Shown here in pieces: positions 40,113 to 41,381 of a stretch of DNA of 41,381 bases (position 1 is the first letter of the stretch; every line of letters starts with the position of its first letter). Under the pieces are notes generated by a model. It made no database searches. It had not been told where the DNA came from and was given only the letters and a program-made list of their open reading frames with translations. This stretch comes from a virus, in IMG/VR virus record IMGVR_UViG_3300044855_000055; one strand, given 5' to 3'. Position numbers and translations under genes: made by a program.

Positions 40113-41381
40113 TTATGCCATGATCGTCGCGAGCGCAACGGGATCTAGGTTCTTCGCGATTTCTTCTAGGTGCCGAGCCCCTTCTTCTGCGGCATCAGCG
40201 GCACGCTTCGCGTCGTCCTTCACGTCAAGGCGCGGGTCTGAACCACGCGCGACGGCGTTCCTGAAGGCCTCGCCCTCGGCCGTGCCGACAACCACAGCCC
40301 TCAAGTCTGAGGAACTCACTCGCAGAGTGGCGGCAACGACAGGCGCTCTCGCTTGCTGGGTCGTGCTTTTGTCGATGGATGCCGCAGCTTTGCGAGCGGC
40401 GTCGCGAAAGCCCTTCACGGCATCCGTCAGCGGCGTGGCGATCGCAGCCCCAGCCGCCGGTGCCACGTCATCAGCGAATGCAGCCTTGAAGTTCTCGCCC
40501 GCCTTGGCAAAGTTCTTGTCGATGTCCTTGCTGACCTGCTTGTTGAAGGCGGTCATCTGCTGGACGGTAGCGTCGATGCCCGACGTGTCTAAGAACGCCG
40601 CGTCACCGATCTTCTTGATGGCGAACAGCAAGCCCTCAATTGGGCCAGTGATGCCCAAGATGAGCAAGCCAAACGCCGCTTCCAACGTCCGTCCGACGCT
40701 GGCGAAAAGCGAGGCAACACGGGATCCGAACTGAAATATCGAGTTCCACTGCCCGCCGATTTGCGAGAGGTAGGCGAACACCTTCTGTACCGATGGCGCG
40801 AAGTTCGCGATGAGGTAGTCGCCGACACCGGCAAGGTACTCCGCAGCGTTCAGCAACGCTTCGCCGATGGCCTGCCCGATGTTGGCACCGCCGATAGTTC
40901 CAACGTAGTCGGTGAACGTCTGGGCGATCCCGGTGACAGCCGGCGCGAGGTGAGCGACGACCTGCTGCACGATGCCCTGAATCGACGCATAGACCCGCGT
41001 AAACGAGTCGTTCATGTTCTCGACGTTCTGCCCCTGGGCGTTCGTTAGCGTCAGGCCGAACCGCTCCGCTTCCTGACGGGCCTTGCGGATTGACTCTGCC
41101 CCGCCCTCGAACAGCGGCAGCATGGTCGCGCCACTGCGGCCGAACAGCGCCACCGCCGCGGCCGCACGCTCTGCCGGGCTCTGGATGTTGGCGATGGCCG
41201 AGGCAATGGCCTCGAACCTGTCCGCGCTCGACATGCCCTGCAACTGCCCGGCATCCAGCCCAAGGTTGGCGAAAGCCTTCTGGGCTTGCTTCGACCCACC
41301 CACGGCCTTTTGCATGGCAACGTCCGACTTGGTCATCGCCGTGCCGATCTGCTCGATGCCGACGCCAGCCAGGTCGCCGGC
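40113..41381 (-). CDS. Tape measure protein, C-terminal majority (continues from 439..1 through the junction)
   Basis: The ORF is open to the window edge. It is Ala/Gly/Gln-rich and helical, and lies after the G/GT chaperones. The joined length is 1581 nt (526 aa). Confidence 0.8.
   Translation of the reverse strand, partial: AGDLAGVGIEQIGTAMTKSDVAMQKAVGGSKQAQKAFANLGLDAGQLQGMSSADRFEAIASAIANIQSPAERAAAAVALFGRSGATMLPLFEGGAESIRKARQEAERFGLTLTNAQGQNVENMNDSFTRVYASIQGIVQQVVAHLAPAVTGIAQTFTDYVGTIGGANIGQAIGEALLNAAEYLAGVGDYLIANFAPSVQKVFAYLSQIGGQWNSIFQFGSRVASLFASVGRTLEAAFGLLILGITGPIEGLLFAIKKIGDAAFLDTSGIDATVQQMTAFNKQVSKDIDKNFAKAGENFKAAFADDVAPAAGAAIATPLTDAVKGFRDAARKAAASIDKSTTQQARAPVVAATLRVSSSDLRAVVVGTAEGEAFRNAVARGSDPRLDVKDDAKRAADAAEEGARHLEEIAKNLDPVALATIMA
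41255..41381. repeat. Terminal exact overlap, identical to 1..127
   Basis: Base-for-base identity with the first 127 nt. Confidence 0.95.

Overview
The window is a complete, circularly closed genome of about 41.25 kb from a temperate HK97-like siphovirus with a high-GC host. The first 127 nt are identical to the last 127 nt, and this overlap lies inside the tape-measure ORF. All genes except the tyrosine integrase are on the minus strand, and many are linked by ATGA-type overlaps.

Gene order in the direction of transcription (descending coordinates):
- Packaging and head: putative cos region, P27-type small terminase, large terminase, portal, prohead protease, a small zinc-ribbon protein, HK97-type major capsid protein, and a decoration-like protein next to a glycosyltransferase.
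- Tail: connector, adaptor and terminator proteins, tube protein, and G/G-T tail chaperones with a canonical G GGA AAA -1 slippery site. The tape measure wraps the contig junction. A compact tail-tip module follows and includes a protein with 31 cysteines.
- Accessory and integration: metallophosphoesterase, DUF6378-like protein, integrase (+ strand) and an excisionase-like HTH protein.
- Replication and recombination: C5 DNA methyltransferase, RecT, SNF2-type helicase, N4/N6 DNA methyltransferase, wHTH and Cro-like regulators, DUF1376 protein, a LexA DNA-binding-domain-only protein, and a beta sliding clamp.
- About 1 kb of noncoding DNA, then ten small early ORFs, RusA, a SAM methyltransferase, two more glycosyltransferase-like genes, a lysis-like cassette with a papain-like peptidase, fibre-like genes and an HNH endonuclease.

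The most unusual signal is a family of at least 10 copies of a ~90-nt structured element that brackets the start of nearly every small early ORF. Its helices are kept complementary by compensatory changes. Its 3' arm is read in two different frames in different ORFs, and one copy has no ORF start at all. Second is the C5 methyltransferase ORF, whose central third looks out of frame while the +1 frame carries the expected motifs.

No tRNA, rRNA or CRISPR array was seen. All functional names come from motif recognition by eye; no database search was possible.
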